64,000 nt of DNA from Sphingomonadales bacterium (GTDB lineage: Bacteria > Pseudomonadota > Alphaproteobacteria > Sphingomonadales > Sphingomonadaceae): the NCBI GenBank assembly GCA_031370535.1, contig JANMQN010000169.1, positions 26,619 to 90,618 of the forward strand, given 5' to 3'. Position 1 is the first letter of the stretch, and every line of letters starts with the position of its first letter. The notes beneath the pieces were generated by a model, which saw only the letters and a program-made list of their open reading frames with translations, had not been told where the DNA came from and did no database searches. Below are positions 55,037 through 64,000 of the stretch, piece by piece. The translations under genes were made by a program, and so were the position numbers.

Positions 55037-56092
55037 TTGCCTAAATCAACCAAATTGTTAACTGGGTTATTACCCCTTTTACTGCTTACCGCTTGCGGCG
55101 AGGAAAAGGCGGTAAACAGGACCGCCGCCGATGAAATCCACCCGGTCCAAGTCGTAACTGTCCAGCAAGAAAATCTTCAACGCACGATCAACGCTGTGGG
55201 AACCGTCCGCTTTCGCCGCGAAACGCCATTGGGCTTTACCACGCCAGGTAAAGTAAAAACCGTCCGGTTTGAGGAAGGCGACTTTGTGAAACGCGGTTCG
55301 CTCCTTGCCGCTCTTGATACCACCAACGTTGGCGCAGACGTAAGCGTGGCAACAGCGGAACGCGACCGGGCACGATCGGAATTCGAACGGTTGCGTTCTC
55401 TGTATGCCGATGGTTGGGTCACCAAGGCGCGCTATGAAGCGGCAGAGGCAACCGTCAAGGCAGCCGATGCGCGCGTCCGGCAGGCCGGCTTCGCCAGCGG
55501 CACAGCACAATTATATGCGCCGTCGAGCGGTGTCGTCCTGACCCGCAATGTCCAGCCCGGCCAAATCATTGCCGCTGGCACGCCAGCATTGATACTGGGC
55601 GAAGGCGATGAAGGTTTCGTCTTCCGCGTACCGATAATCGACCGCGATGCGTCGAAACTGCGCGTCGGCATGGCTGCCGATATCTCGATAGAATCTCTAG
55701 AGGGTGCGCCGATTACTGCAACGATAACCGAAATCGATGGCCGCGCGAACGAGGCGACAGGTGCATTTACGGTTCAATTCCGCCTGGCAAATCGGCAGCA
55801 GCTGCGTTCGGGGCAGATCGGCACCGCTAGTATTAAACTGCCCGCTTCCGGTAGCGGCAGCACGCTGCAAATCCCGGCAAGTGCGCTGTTCGGCGTACGC
55901 ACAGGGGAGGGGCTGGTATATGTGGTCGATGCCAAAAGCTGCGTCGAAACCCGCAATGTCGCTATCGAGCGGGTGACCGATGAATTTGTGATTGTGTCCG
56001 GTGGCCTGAAGCCGGGCGACATCATCGTGACATCCGGACTTGAAAAATTGCGCACCGGATCGAAAGTCCGCGCCATCAAAGCAGCCAGTTAA
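55037..56092 (+). CDS. efflux RND transporter periplasmic adaptor (MFP) lipoprotein
   Basis: TTG start, the first canonical start after the in-frame stop at 54950. Lipobox LLLTAC. Coiled-coil, lipoyl and barrel regions follow (YAPSSGVVLTRNVQPGQ, GDIIVTSGLEKLRTGSKV). Confidence 0.85.
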   Translation: MPKSTKLLTGLLPLLLLTACGEEKAVNRTAADEIHPVQVVTVQQENLQRTINAVGTVRFRRETPLGFTTPGKVKTVRFEEGDFVKRGSLLAALDTTNVGADVSVATAERDRARSEFERLRSLYADGWVTKARYEAAEATVKAADARVRQAGFASGTAQLYAPSSGVVLTRNVQPGQIIAAGTPALILGEGDEGFVFRVPIIDRDASKLRVGMAADISIESLEGAPITATITEIDGRANEATGAFTVQFRLANRQQLRSGQIGTASIKLPASGSGSTLQIPASALFGVRTGEGLVYVVDAKSCVETRNVAIERVTDEFVIVSGGLKPGDIIVTSGLEKLRTGSKVRAIKAAS

Positions 56093-56095
56093 GCC

Positions 56096-59000
56096 ATGCA
56101 CATAGCCGAGGTCGCAATCCGCAGGTGGCAGCTAACGCTGGTCCTGTTCGCGTTGCTCTGTGCGCTCGGGTTTTCGGCTTTCCAAAATGTCCCACGGGCG
56201 GTCGATCCGCATTTTTCGATGCCGGTGGTGTCAATTGTTGCATTGCAACCAGGGGCTGATGCAGCAGAAATCGAGCAAACGATTACCAAGCCGATTGAGG
56301 AACTCGCTCAAGGGCTGGAAGACGTCCAGAATGTCGCATCGACGAGCAGTGATGGCAATGCCGTCATCCGCATCGAATTCGACTGGGCGGGCGAAGACCC
56401 AGACCAATATTTTAACGACGCTGTGCGTGAAATTACGGCCATCCGCAGTCGTTTGCCCGCCGACCTGCAGAGCCTGACTTTCGAAAAAATCCGCACGACG
56501 AACACCTCTATTCTGCAAATCGCGCTGCTCAGCGACACCGCCAGTTGGTACAGGCTTGAGAAATATGCGCGTGACATTAGCGAATCGCTGGGTCGCTATA
56601 ACGAGGTACGGCAGGCCGAAGTTTACGGCTTGCCTCAGCCTGAGATCAGTATTGCCATCGACGCTGGCAGATTAGCCGCATTACGCGTGCCGGCAAGTTC
56701 GGTAGCCGATGCCGTTCGCGTGGGCGGGGCCGATGTGCCTGCAGGTGCGGTTACCAGCGGTACAAGGCGCTTCAATGTCGAGGCGGGCGGAGCGTTCCGC
56801 GATCTCGATAAAATCCGCGATCTGCCGCTTCGCAGTAACAATGGCACATTGCTGCGGGTCGGCGACGTCGCCGAGGTTAAATTTGGTTCCGCCGAACAGC
56901 GGGTCAAAGTCAGCCATAACGGCAAGCGGGCGATCTGGATTACCGCGAACCAGAAGCAGGGGACCGATGCGACCAAATTGCGCAACAAACTGGTCAAGGA
57001 GCTTGAGATTCAAAAGAAACTCCTGCCGCCCGACATTACAGCCGTCGTCCAGTTCGACCAGAGCCGCGATATCACCAAGCGCCTGCAAGAACTGGCGCGG
57101 GATTTCGCAATAGCACTGTTTCTCGTCCTGTTTACGTTGCTGCCATTGGGCTGGCGAGCATCGGTTATCGTCATGATCTCGATACCATTATCGATAGCGT
57201 CTGGTCTCCTCGCCATATCCGCGATGGGCTTCAATCTAAGCCAGCTTGTCGTTGCGGGTTTCATCCTGACGCTAGGGTTGCTGGTAGATGACTCGATTGT
57301 GGTTGTCGAAAACATCGCGCGCCATCTTCGAATGGGCAAAGGTCGCAACCAGGCTGCAATAGACGGTACCAAGGAAATCACGATGGCCGTCTTGGGATCG
57401 ACCGGCGTGCTGGTATTTGCATTCTTCCCGTTGTTTTTCCTGCCCGAAGGTGCGGGCAAATTTACGCAGAGTTTTATCGGCACCATCGTCGCCACCATTA
57501 CTGCATCGATGATTGTATCGTTGACCATCGTGCCTTTTCTCGCCAGCAGGATTTTGAGTCCACACGAAGAAGAGGGTGGTAACCGATTGCTCCGATGGTT
57601 GATGGACAAAATCGACCGGTTTTATCACCCGATGTTGCATTGGGCACTGGATCGTCCGCGCAGGACAGTTTTGGGAGCGCTTGCTTTAACCTGCGCAGCG
57701 TTCTTACTTGTCCCTATTCTCGGTTTCAGCCTATTTCCAAATGCTGACACATCCTATTTCCGCGTAACGGTCGAAGCTGAGCAGGGTTCGAGCATCGCCG
57801 AGACCGGAAGGATTGTGCAGCATGTGTCTAACATCCTCAAAACCGAACCTGCGATCAAGGTCCGCGCAGAGAATGTCGGCGCCTATAATCCGCCGGTTTT
57901 CTATAATGTGTTCCAGCGCGGCGAGAATCCGACGCATGGCGAAGTTCTCGCTATTATGGACGAGTGGAAAGGCAATGAGGCCCGCGCGATGATCGGCCGG
58001 CTCCGCACCAAGCTCGATGAAATACCCGGCGCGCGGATCAAGCTGGTGCTGTTCCAAAACGGTGCGCCGATAAACGCCCCGGTCGAATTTCGTGTTTACG
58101 GTCCGGACCAGAATGAATTGAGGACAATCGCAGCCAAGATGGAACAGGCGCTGCGGGACACGCCGGGTACGCGCGACGTTAATAATCCAGTGGCGTTTGA
58201 CCGCGTCGATTTGGATGTTCGCGTGGACGATTCTAAAGCAGCGTTGCTTGACATTCCGGCTGGCGCGCCGCGCCGCGCGATCCGGCTCGCGCTGACGGGC
58301 GAACGTGCAGGCACTTTCCGCGACTCCGAGGGCGACAGCTACCCGGTCGTGGTACGCCTCCCATTGGCGGAAACGCAGCCGATATCTGCGCTTGAATCGG
58401 TCTATGTATCGAACCGCAGCGGTCAGCCTGTGCAGCTTGCCGAGATTACAAGCCCGACGCTCGAATCCACGCCGTCCGCGATTTACCGCTATAATCTGGA
58501 ACGCAACGTCAGCATCACCGCACAGATAACCGACGGAGCAGTGGTCTCAAAAGTCAATCTGGACGGCCAGAAAAAGATGGATGCTATTGATCTAAAGCCC
58601 GGGTACGCCATCGAAGTCGGCGGCGAAGCGGAGAAGATCAATGACACGTTCGCGGGCTTTGGCCCGATCGTGTTAATCGCAATGTTCAGCATATTCGCAA
58701 TATTGGTGGCAGAATTCGGACGCTTCAAAGAGGCGCTGGTAGTCGCGGGCGTCATTCCGCTTGGTACCTTCGGTGGCCTGCTCGCGCTGCTGATAACTGG
58801 CAACAATTTGTCATTTTTGGCGGTTATCGGTTTTATCGCACTGATCGGCATCGAGATTAAAAACTCGATCCTGCTGGTCGATTTCACCAGCCAGCTTCGC
58901 GAACGCGGCGTGGCCTTGCGCGAAGCAATTGAACAGGCAGGCGAGGTCCGCTTCCTGCCTGTGCTGCTGACCTCGATTACAGCGATTGGCGGGTTGATGC

Positions 59001-59185
59001 CCTTGGCACTGTTTGGCGGTAGTCTGTATGGGCCGCTCGCAATTGTTCTTATCGGGGGGTTGATTTCTTCGACCCTGCTATCACGTATAGTCACGCCGGC
59101 TATGTACCTGCTGGTGGTGCGCGGTGATGAGGCCAAGAAGTCTGCGCCGCCGAGCAACGAACAAGGAATCTCCCATGCCACATGA
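56096..59185 (+). CDS. efflux RND transporter permease (AcrB/HAE1-like)
   Basis: 1029 aa with two large periplasmic loops. Motifs GLLVDDSIVVVENI and IGIEIKNSILLVDF. Confidence 0.95.
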   Translation: MHIAEVAIRRWQLTLVLFALLCALGFSAFQNVPRAVDPHFSMPVVSIVALQPGADAAEIEQTITKPIEELAQGLEDVQNVASTSSDGNAVIRIEFDWAGEDPDQYFNDAVREITAIRSRLPADLQSLTFEKIRTTNTSILQIALLSDTASWYRLEKYARDISESLGRYNEVRQAEVYGLPQPEISIAIDAGRLAALRVPASSVADAVRVGGADVPAGAVTSGTRRFNVEAGGAFRDLDKIRDLPLRSNNGTLLRVGDVAEVKFGSAEQRVKVSHNGKRAIWITANQKQGTDATKLRNKLVKELEIQKKLLPPDITAVVQFDQSRDITKRLQELARDFAIALFLVLFTLLPLGWRASVIVMISIPLSIASGLLAISAMGFNLSQLVVAGFILTLGLLVDDSIVVVENIARHLRMGKGRNQAAIDGTKEITMAVLGSTGVLVFAFFPLFFLPEGAGKFTQSFIGTIVATITASMIVSLTIVPFLASRILSPHEEEGGNRLLRWLMDKIDRFYHPMLHWALDRPRRTVLGALALTCAAFLLVPILGFSLFPNADTSYFRVTVEAEQGSSIAETGRIVQHVSNILKTEPAIKVRAENVGAYNPPVFYNVFQRGENPTHGEVLAIMDEWKGNEARAMIGRLRTKLDEIPGARIKLVLFQNGAPINAPVEFRVYGPDQNELRTIAAKMEQALRDTPGTRDVNNPVAFDRVDLDVRVDDSKAALLDIPAGAPRRAIRLALTGERAGTFRDSEGDSYPVVVRLPLAETQPISALESVYVSNRSGQPVQLAEITSPTLESTPSAIYRYNLERNVSITAQITDGAVVSKVNLDGQKKMDAIDLKPGYAIEVGGEAEKINDTFAGFGPIVLIAMFSIFAILVAEFGRFKEALVVAGVIPLGTFGGLLALLITGNNLSFLAVIGFIALIGIEIKNSILLVDFTSQLRERGVALREAIEQAGEVRFLPVLLTSITAIGGLMPLALFGGSLYGPLAIVLIGGLISSTLLSRIVTPAMYLLVVRGDEAKKSAPPSNEQGISHAT

Positions 59186-59705
59186 AGAAGCAATTTTCGC
59201 AGGCGGCTGTTTCTGGTGCACCGAGGCGGTGTTCGGACAGTTAAAAGGCGTGAGCAGCGTCGAAAGTGGCTATATTGGGGGGCACGTTGCCGATCCTGAC
59301 TATAAGAACGTCTGCAGCGGCAGCACCGGTCATGCCGAGGCAATCAAGATCCATTTCAATCCCGATGTTATTAGTTATGGTGACCTGCTCGACATCCATT
59401 TCGCTACGCACGATCCGACGCAGTTGAATCGCCAGGGCAATGACGTCGGCACCCAATACCGGTCTGCGATTTTCCCGCTTGACGATGCGCAACGCGCTGA
59501 AGCGCAAGCCGGCATAGCCCGCGCCGCCGCCGATTGGCCCGCGGCGATTGTGACGACGATCGAAGGTCCTGCGACGTGGTATCCGGCCGAGGATTATCAT
59601 CAGGAATATTGGGAAGGCGAAGGCCAACGCAATCCTTATTGCCTGGCCGTCATCCCGCCAAAACTGGCCAAGCTGAAAAAGGGATTTGCAGACCGGCTGG
59701 GTTGA
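59175..59705 (+). CDS. msrA: peptide-methionine (S)-S-oxide reductase
   Basis: MPHEEAIFAGGCFWCTEAVF, GHAEAIKIHF and QYRSAIF are present. ATG 59175 lies 11 nt inside the RND gene's 3' end, with AAGGAA upstream. Confidence 0.93.
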   Translation: MPHEEAIFAGGCFWCTEAVFGQLKGVSSVESGYIGGHVADPDYKNVCSGSTGHAEAIKIHFNPDVISYGDLLDIHFATHDPTQLNRQGNDVGTQYRSAIFPLDDAQRAEAQAGIARAAADWPAAIVTTIEGPATWYPAEDYHQEYWEGEGQRNPYCLAVIPPKLAKLKKGFADRLG

Positions 59706-59747
59706 TGAAGTCGTAGACAATTAAACATGTTTCGCTAATCCCGACTC

Positions 59748-60617
59748 ATGATGCACAAACGTATTCGCAAAGCTGTTTTCCCGGTTGCTGGCCTCGGCAC
59801 CCGCTTTCTTCCAGCGACCAAGGCCATCCCCAAGGAAATGCTGCCAATCGTTGACCGGCCGCTGATCCAGTACGCGGTCGATGAAGCCCGTGAGGCGGGG
59901 ATCGAACAGATGATTTTCGTAACTGGTCGCGGCAAGAGCGCGATCGAGGATCATTTTGACATCGCTTACGAGCTTGAAAAAACAATGTTGGAGCGCGGCA
60001 AGGATTTGTCGGTACTAGAACCGACGCGGCTCGGCGCTGGAAACTGCGCTTATGTCAGGCAACAGGAGCCATTGGGACTGGGCCACGCCATCTGGTGCGC
60101 GCGCGATATTGTCGGCGACGAACCCTTTGCTATTTTCCTCCCCGATGAATTCATGCACGGATCGCCGGGTTGTATGAAACAGATGGTCGATGCCTATCAC
60201 CGGTTGGGCGGCAATATGATCAGCGTTCTCGAAGTTCCGCGTGACAAAGTTTCGAGCTATGGTGTCATAGCGCCGGGCGAACAGGACGGTGCGGTTACCG
60301 AAGTGCTTGGGCTAGTTGAAAAGCCCAAAACCGAAGATGCGCCGTCGAACCTCATCATTTCGGGCCGCTATATCCTGCAGCCCGAAGTCATGCGCGTGCT
60401 GGAAGGCCAAGGAAAAGGTGCGGGCGGTGAAATCCAGCTGACCGATGCGATGGCGCAAATGATTGGGAAGCAGGCCTTTCACGCTGTTACGTTCGACGGC
60501 AAGCGCTATGATTGCGGATCAAAGGTTGGATATATCGAAGCCAATCTAGCGGTTGCGCTTGAACGGCCGGATATGGCCGAAGAGGTGCGCGCGATTGCCT
60601 GCGACTTGCTAAAATAG
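59748..60617 (+). CDS. galU: UTP--glucose-1-phosphate uridylyltransferase
   Basis: KAVFPVAGLGTRFLPATKAIPKEMLPIVDRPLIQYAVDEA and VEKP are present. Confidence 0.93.
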   Translation: MMHKRIRKAVFPVAGLGTRFLPATKAIPKEMLPIVDRPLIQYAVDEAREAGIEQMIFVTGRGKSAIEDHFDIAYELEKTMLERGKDLSVLEPTRLGAGNCAYVRQQEPLGLGHAIWCARDIVGDEPFAIFLPDEFMHGSPGCMKQMVDAYHRLGGNMISVLEVPRDKVSSYGVIAPGEQDGAVTEVLGLVEKPKTEDAPSNLIISGRYILQPEVMRVLEGQGKGAGGEIQLTDAMAQMIGKQAFHAVTFDGKRYDCGSKVGYIEANLAVALERPDMAEEVRAIACDLLK

Positions 60618-60649
60618 ATTCCGCGCCTCCGCGGTAATGGGGGCAGTGC

Positions 60650-61375
60650 TTATTCGCCCTCGTTATTTGGCTTTTGATAACTGTCCGCGCCGAGACTTTT
60701 GTAAACAAGGCTGACCAATATTACTCCGAGAATCGGAGCAACCCAGAACAGCCAAAGTTGCTGTAGAGCCATGCCGCCAACTACCAGTGCCGGTCCCGTG
60801 CTGCGCGCCGGATTGACTGAGGTGTTGGTGATCGGGATGGATATCAGATGGATCAACGTCAGACCTCACCCGATTGCCAATGGCGCAAAACCGGCTGGCG
60901 CGCTGCCATCGGTCGAGTCCATGATGATGATCACGAAGAAAAATGTCAGCAGCACTTCAGCAAGGAAGCCAGCACCCTTCGAATAGCCGCCAGGCGACAT
61001 TCCCGCCAAATCCGATCACCCGCAAGCCCATTGGGTGCGAGCGTGAAGGCTGGCTGGCCGCTGGCGATGACATATAGTGTAAAGGTAGCAGCAACTGCGC
61101 CAAAAACTTGCGAGGTGATCTATAGAGAGATGTCTCGTGCGGCGAAGCGACCGCCGGCCCAAATCCCGAAGGCTACGGCAGGATTCTGATGGCAGCCGGA
61201 AATATGGCCAATCGCGTAAGCCATGGTTATCACGGTCAGGCCGGGCCAGTGATATGCCAAGAAACCCTATGCCTACATCTGGAGCACCCGCGGCCTACAC
61301 GGCGCTGCCGCACCCACCCAGCACCAGTCAAAAAGTGCCGATAAATTCTGCCAAAGCGTTTTGAATATTTGTCAC
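60650..61375 (-). pseudogene. aqpZ: aquaporin Z pseudogene (multiple premature stops and frameshifts)
   Basis: Only the last 68 codons (60650..60856) are an intact ORF ([23 protein letters not shown]...[13 protein letters not shown]). Translating the minus strand by hand from GTG 61375 gives AqpZ-like sequence throughout ([36 protein letters not shown] / [61 protein letters not shown] / [51 protein letters not shown]). Stops fall at 61328-61330 (TGA at a conserved Trp), 61295-61297 (TAG), 61120-61122 (TAG) and 60866-60868 (TGA). Frame changes fall near 61243 and 60990-61020. Confidence 0.85.
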
Positions 61376-61518
61376 GTTGATTGCCATCCCGTTGCAACTG
61401 CCGCTGTCGTGTTGGATCAGATATATCAAGGCCTGCCTTGTGAAAATTGTAAAAAGTTCAGCATCCAGACAGAGATTTTGTTATAGCGGAACCAACTTTG
61501 GCGAGCGGAAGGCTTATC

Positions 61519-61821
61519 ATGCGTTTGATTTATGTTGCGGGCGCGGTGTTTATGCTCTCCGGCTGCGTTTCGTTAGTGAAGGACGTTGTCACTGCGCCTG
61601 TCAAAATCGTTTCGAAAACCGCCGATGTTCTGACCACCAGCCAATCGGAGTCCGACGAAAAGCGTGGGCGGGAATTACGCAAGCGCGAAGAAGCGCTCGG
61701 CAAACTTGCGCGGCAACGCGACAAGGCGCGCCAAAAGTGTGACGACGGCGACGAAGACGCTTGTGCCAAGGCTTCGCAGATGAACGAGCAGATCGAGGTC
61801 GAACAAGACCGACCGATCTGA
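61519..61821 (+). CDS. small lipoprotein with charged coiled-coil tail
   Basis: MRLIYVAGAVFMLSGC lipobox. The K/R/E/D-rich C-terminus carries 2 Cys. GGAAGG lies upstream of ATG 61519. Confidence 0.55.
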   Translation: MRLIYVAGAVFMLSGCVSLVKDVVTAPVKIVSKTADVLTTSQSESDEKRGRELRKREEALGKLARQRDKARQKCDDGDEDACAKASQMNEQIEVEQDRPI

Positions 61822-62010
61822 AAAAATGGCGTCTACCAACTGCCGTCACGATTCGACAAACAGCTGATTTGGTTACGCATTTGCATTTTGTCGAATGCGC
61901 GGTTCGTTGGTCGAACGGCAATATCGGATTTCTGTCTACGCTTGTAATCGTAGCTCCAGCGGGTCGATGCGCAATATGCGCGGGCCCGGTCGGGAGGTTC
62001 GATGTCGATG

Positions 62011-64000
62011 TTTCGCCGCAAGGCTGCGGTATTATTTGCTGGAGCAGCCAGCCTGTATTTTTCGCCAGCGCTTCATGCCGAAGGTGCGGCCCCAACGCTT
62101 GCCTCGGATGCGTCTGCCAATGGCAAGCGTCAGTTCCGGGCGGATTTTTTCGTGACCTATGCCCCTGTGACTGCACTCGATATGGTTCGCCGTATACCGG
62201 GCTTTTCCATTGCCGAAGGCGAAGGGCGGCGCGGTTTTGGTGAAAATGCGGGCAATGTACTAATTGATGGCGACCGGCCTTCGAGCAAATCGGACGACAT
62301 CTTTACGATCCTTTCGCGTATCCCGGCGAGCGAGGTCGACTATATCGAATTGACCGAACAGGCGGGCGCCGACGCGGAAACGCGGGGGCAAGGTCAGGTT
62401 GTCAATGTCTTGCGTAAGGTTTCGGCAAAGATCAGCGGCACTTATGAAGGCAATCTGGTGTTCGGGCACCGCTATGGCTTTCGGCCATCGGGGAACGCAT
62501 CGGCCACTTTGCGGCGGGGCAAAACGACCTATGAATTGAACTTCTCCTCTTATTCAGAACGAATTTACGGATACGGGCCCGAGGATTTCAAAACCGGATC
62601 CGGTGCGCTGACCGAGCGCCGCTATTATCGCGGTAAGGGCGGATACGACGAAGCTGCGATTGGTGGTGCAATCAAGACTCGCATCGATGGTGTAAAGCTC
62701 AACCTTAACGGCCGCGTGCGATGGAATGACGGTTTCGATCGCAGGCTTGGCGAGTTTTCCAATGCGGTAGGTGCTGATACTGGCGACGAAGTGCTGATCC
62801 GCGGTGGACCGATCAGCGATATCAATTACGAAGTGGGCGGCGATCTCGAATTCGGACTGGCACCCAAGCTCAGCACCAAGATCGTGGGGCTTTATCGTGC
62901 TGCCACCGAAAGCAATGATTCGACCATCGAAGCATTGCGCGTCGGCCAGCCAGCGGCGTTGTTTGAAACGCGAAGCCGCAACAAACCAGGTGAATCCGTG
63001 GCGCGTATCCAAAACGACTGGAGCGGGATTGGCAACCACGCGATTCAGTTCGGCGGAGAAATCGCTTATAACCGTCTGGACGCACGCTTTTCTGCAGCGA
63101 GCACGACCGGTGGCGTGGTGACAGCTTTTCCTCCATCGGATGTACTGGTTGAGGAAACCCGCATCGAACCGTTCGTAACCGATGTGTGGACGATAAGTCC
63201 GCAATGGAAAATCGAAGCGGGCGCAATTGCGGAATTTTCCAAATTGACCCTGTCGGGAGACAGCACCGCCGCGCGGCGTTTCAAATTCATCAAGCCGCGC
63301 GCGATTGCAACATGGACGGTCAACCCGCAAACCACGCTTGAATTCCGCGCCGATCGGCAAGTGGCGCAGCTCGATTTCGGAGAATTTGCAACATCAATCG
63401 ACGTCGCGCTGGGCAATCAGGTTGATGTAGGCAATGCAGATCTTGTGCCCGAGAAAGTGACGACCGTGTCCGCGCTCATCCGGCATAAATTCCTAGAACG
63501 AGGCAGCATCCAGTTCCGCGGGGAATATCAGTTTGTTACCGACACGCAGGATTTGGTGCCCGTTACCTTACGCGATGCCGCTGGCAACATCACCGCCCAG
63601 TTCGACGGTGCAGGCAACATCGGCAGCAGTAAAAGATGGAATGGCGAGCTTGAAATTACTTTGCCCTTCGACTGGCTGACAAAGCCCGTCGGGATAGCCG
63701 GTATTGAGGTTAAATATACCGGGCATTATCACGACAGCCTCGTCATCGACCCTGTAACTGGCCTGAAAAGGCGTATGTCAAACCGGCCGCTTTGGCATCA
63801 GGAATGGGCGCTGCGCCACGACATTGCCGGTACCGGATTTGTATACGGGGCCACCGTAAATGTGCAGGACGCCAACAACGCCTATTTTCTGAATGAATTT
63901 CGCCGTCAGAAAGAAGGGGTGCGAACAAATCTGTTTGTCGAATATTCAAAGTTCAAATTGGGGACGTTGCGGCTGCAATATACCAGCATCCCGGATTTCA
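62011..64000 (+). CDS. TonB-dependent receptor, 5' partial (continues past the right edge)
   Basis: Not in the ORF track because it has no stop in the window. By hand translation, the frame starting at ATG 62011 (GGGAGG 4 nt upstream) stays open for 663 codons to nt 64000. It has a signal peptide (MSMFRRKAAVLFAGAASLYFSPALHA) and a plug domain (VTALDMVRRIPGFSIAEGEGRRGFGENAGNVLIDGDRPSSK...EVDYIEL), followed by beta-strand-rich sequence. Confidence 0.85.

Noticed and set aside
58489-59343. 284-aa minus-strand ORF
   Set aside because: It is antisense to the end of the RND permease and the start of msrA, both unambiguous genes. The product is low-complexity and Ser/Arg/Pro-rich.
60866-61330. In-frame TGA codons in the aqpZ region read as possible selenocysteine or programmed recoding
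   Set aside because: The same gene also carries two TAG stops and frame changes. One TGA replaces a conserved Trp, and no SECIS-like hairpin follows. Decay is the simpler explanation.
62554-63360. 268-aa ORF on the minus strand
   Set aside because: It lies entirely antisense to the open TonB-dependent receptor frame (62011 to the window end). The translation is Arg/Cys-rich, has no recognisable motifs, and has no RBS. It is a typical GC-rich shadow ORF.
1-64000. Search for a novel accessory or defence system, mobile element, CRISPR array, tRNA or rRNA
   Set aside because: I found no integrase, transposase, phage, toxin-antitoxin, restriction, nuclease-helicase or repeat-spacer signatures on either strand. 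Gene content is housekeeping, I saw no obvious compositional island by eye, and no intergenic gap exceeds about 190 nt. I do not think this window holds such a system.

Overview
This 64 kb window looks like ordinary core chromosome of an alphaproteobacterium, probably a sphingomonad. That assignment rests on protein sequence flavour and one palindromic intergenic element, not on a search.

I call 56 protein-coding genes and one decayed gene. They are tightly packed and mostly housekeeping or metabolic:
- Replication, translation and tRNA modification: polA, rpmB, tadA, and a Sua5/TsaC-type gene.
- Amino-acid and nucleotide metabolism: serC-serA-hisZ, purA, pheA, putA, and a giant NAD-glutamate dehydrogenase.
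- Other metabolism and repair: galU, msrA, and two acyl-CoA dehydrogenases.
- Transport: amtB, two TonB-dependent receptors, an MFP-RND efflux pair, an MFS transporter and a DAACS symporter.
- Regulation: a LytS-type kinase with a LytTR regulator.

Two genes run off the window edges and are missing from the supplied ORF track. They are an aldehyde dehydrogenase at the left edge and a TonB-dependent receptor at the right edge.

I found no rRNA, tRNA, CRISPR array, transposase, integrase, phage gene or defence-like gene. I cannot honestly point to a novel multi-gene system here.

The items most worth a second look are:
- A heavily decayed aquaporin Z gene, with 4 premature stops and at least 2 frameshifts.
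- A metallophosphoesterase plus GT4 pair that fits the PlcP-Agt phosphate-starvation lipid-remodelling operon better than LpxH. It is preceded by a perfect 13-bp palindrome carrying CTGTCAC half-sites.
- Six of 14 convergent gene junctions whose stop codons overlap by exactly 4 nt.
- A roughly 95-bp MITE/REP-like palindromic element between serC and serA.
- A hairpin that would sequester the Shine-Dalgarno sequence of the RND efflux operon.
- Several unusual gene couplings.

Start codons are my judgement, based on RBS, signal peptide and neighbour clearance. They were not computed.
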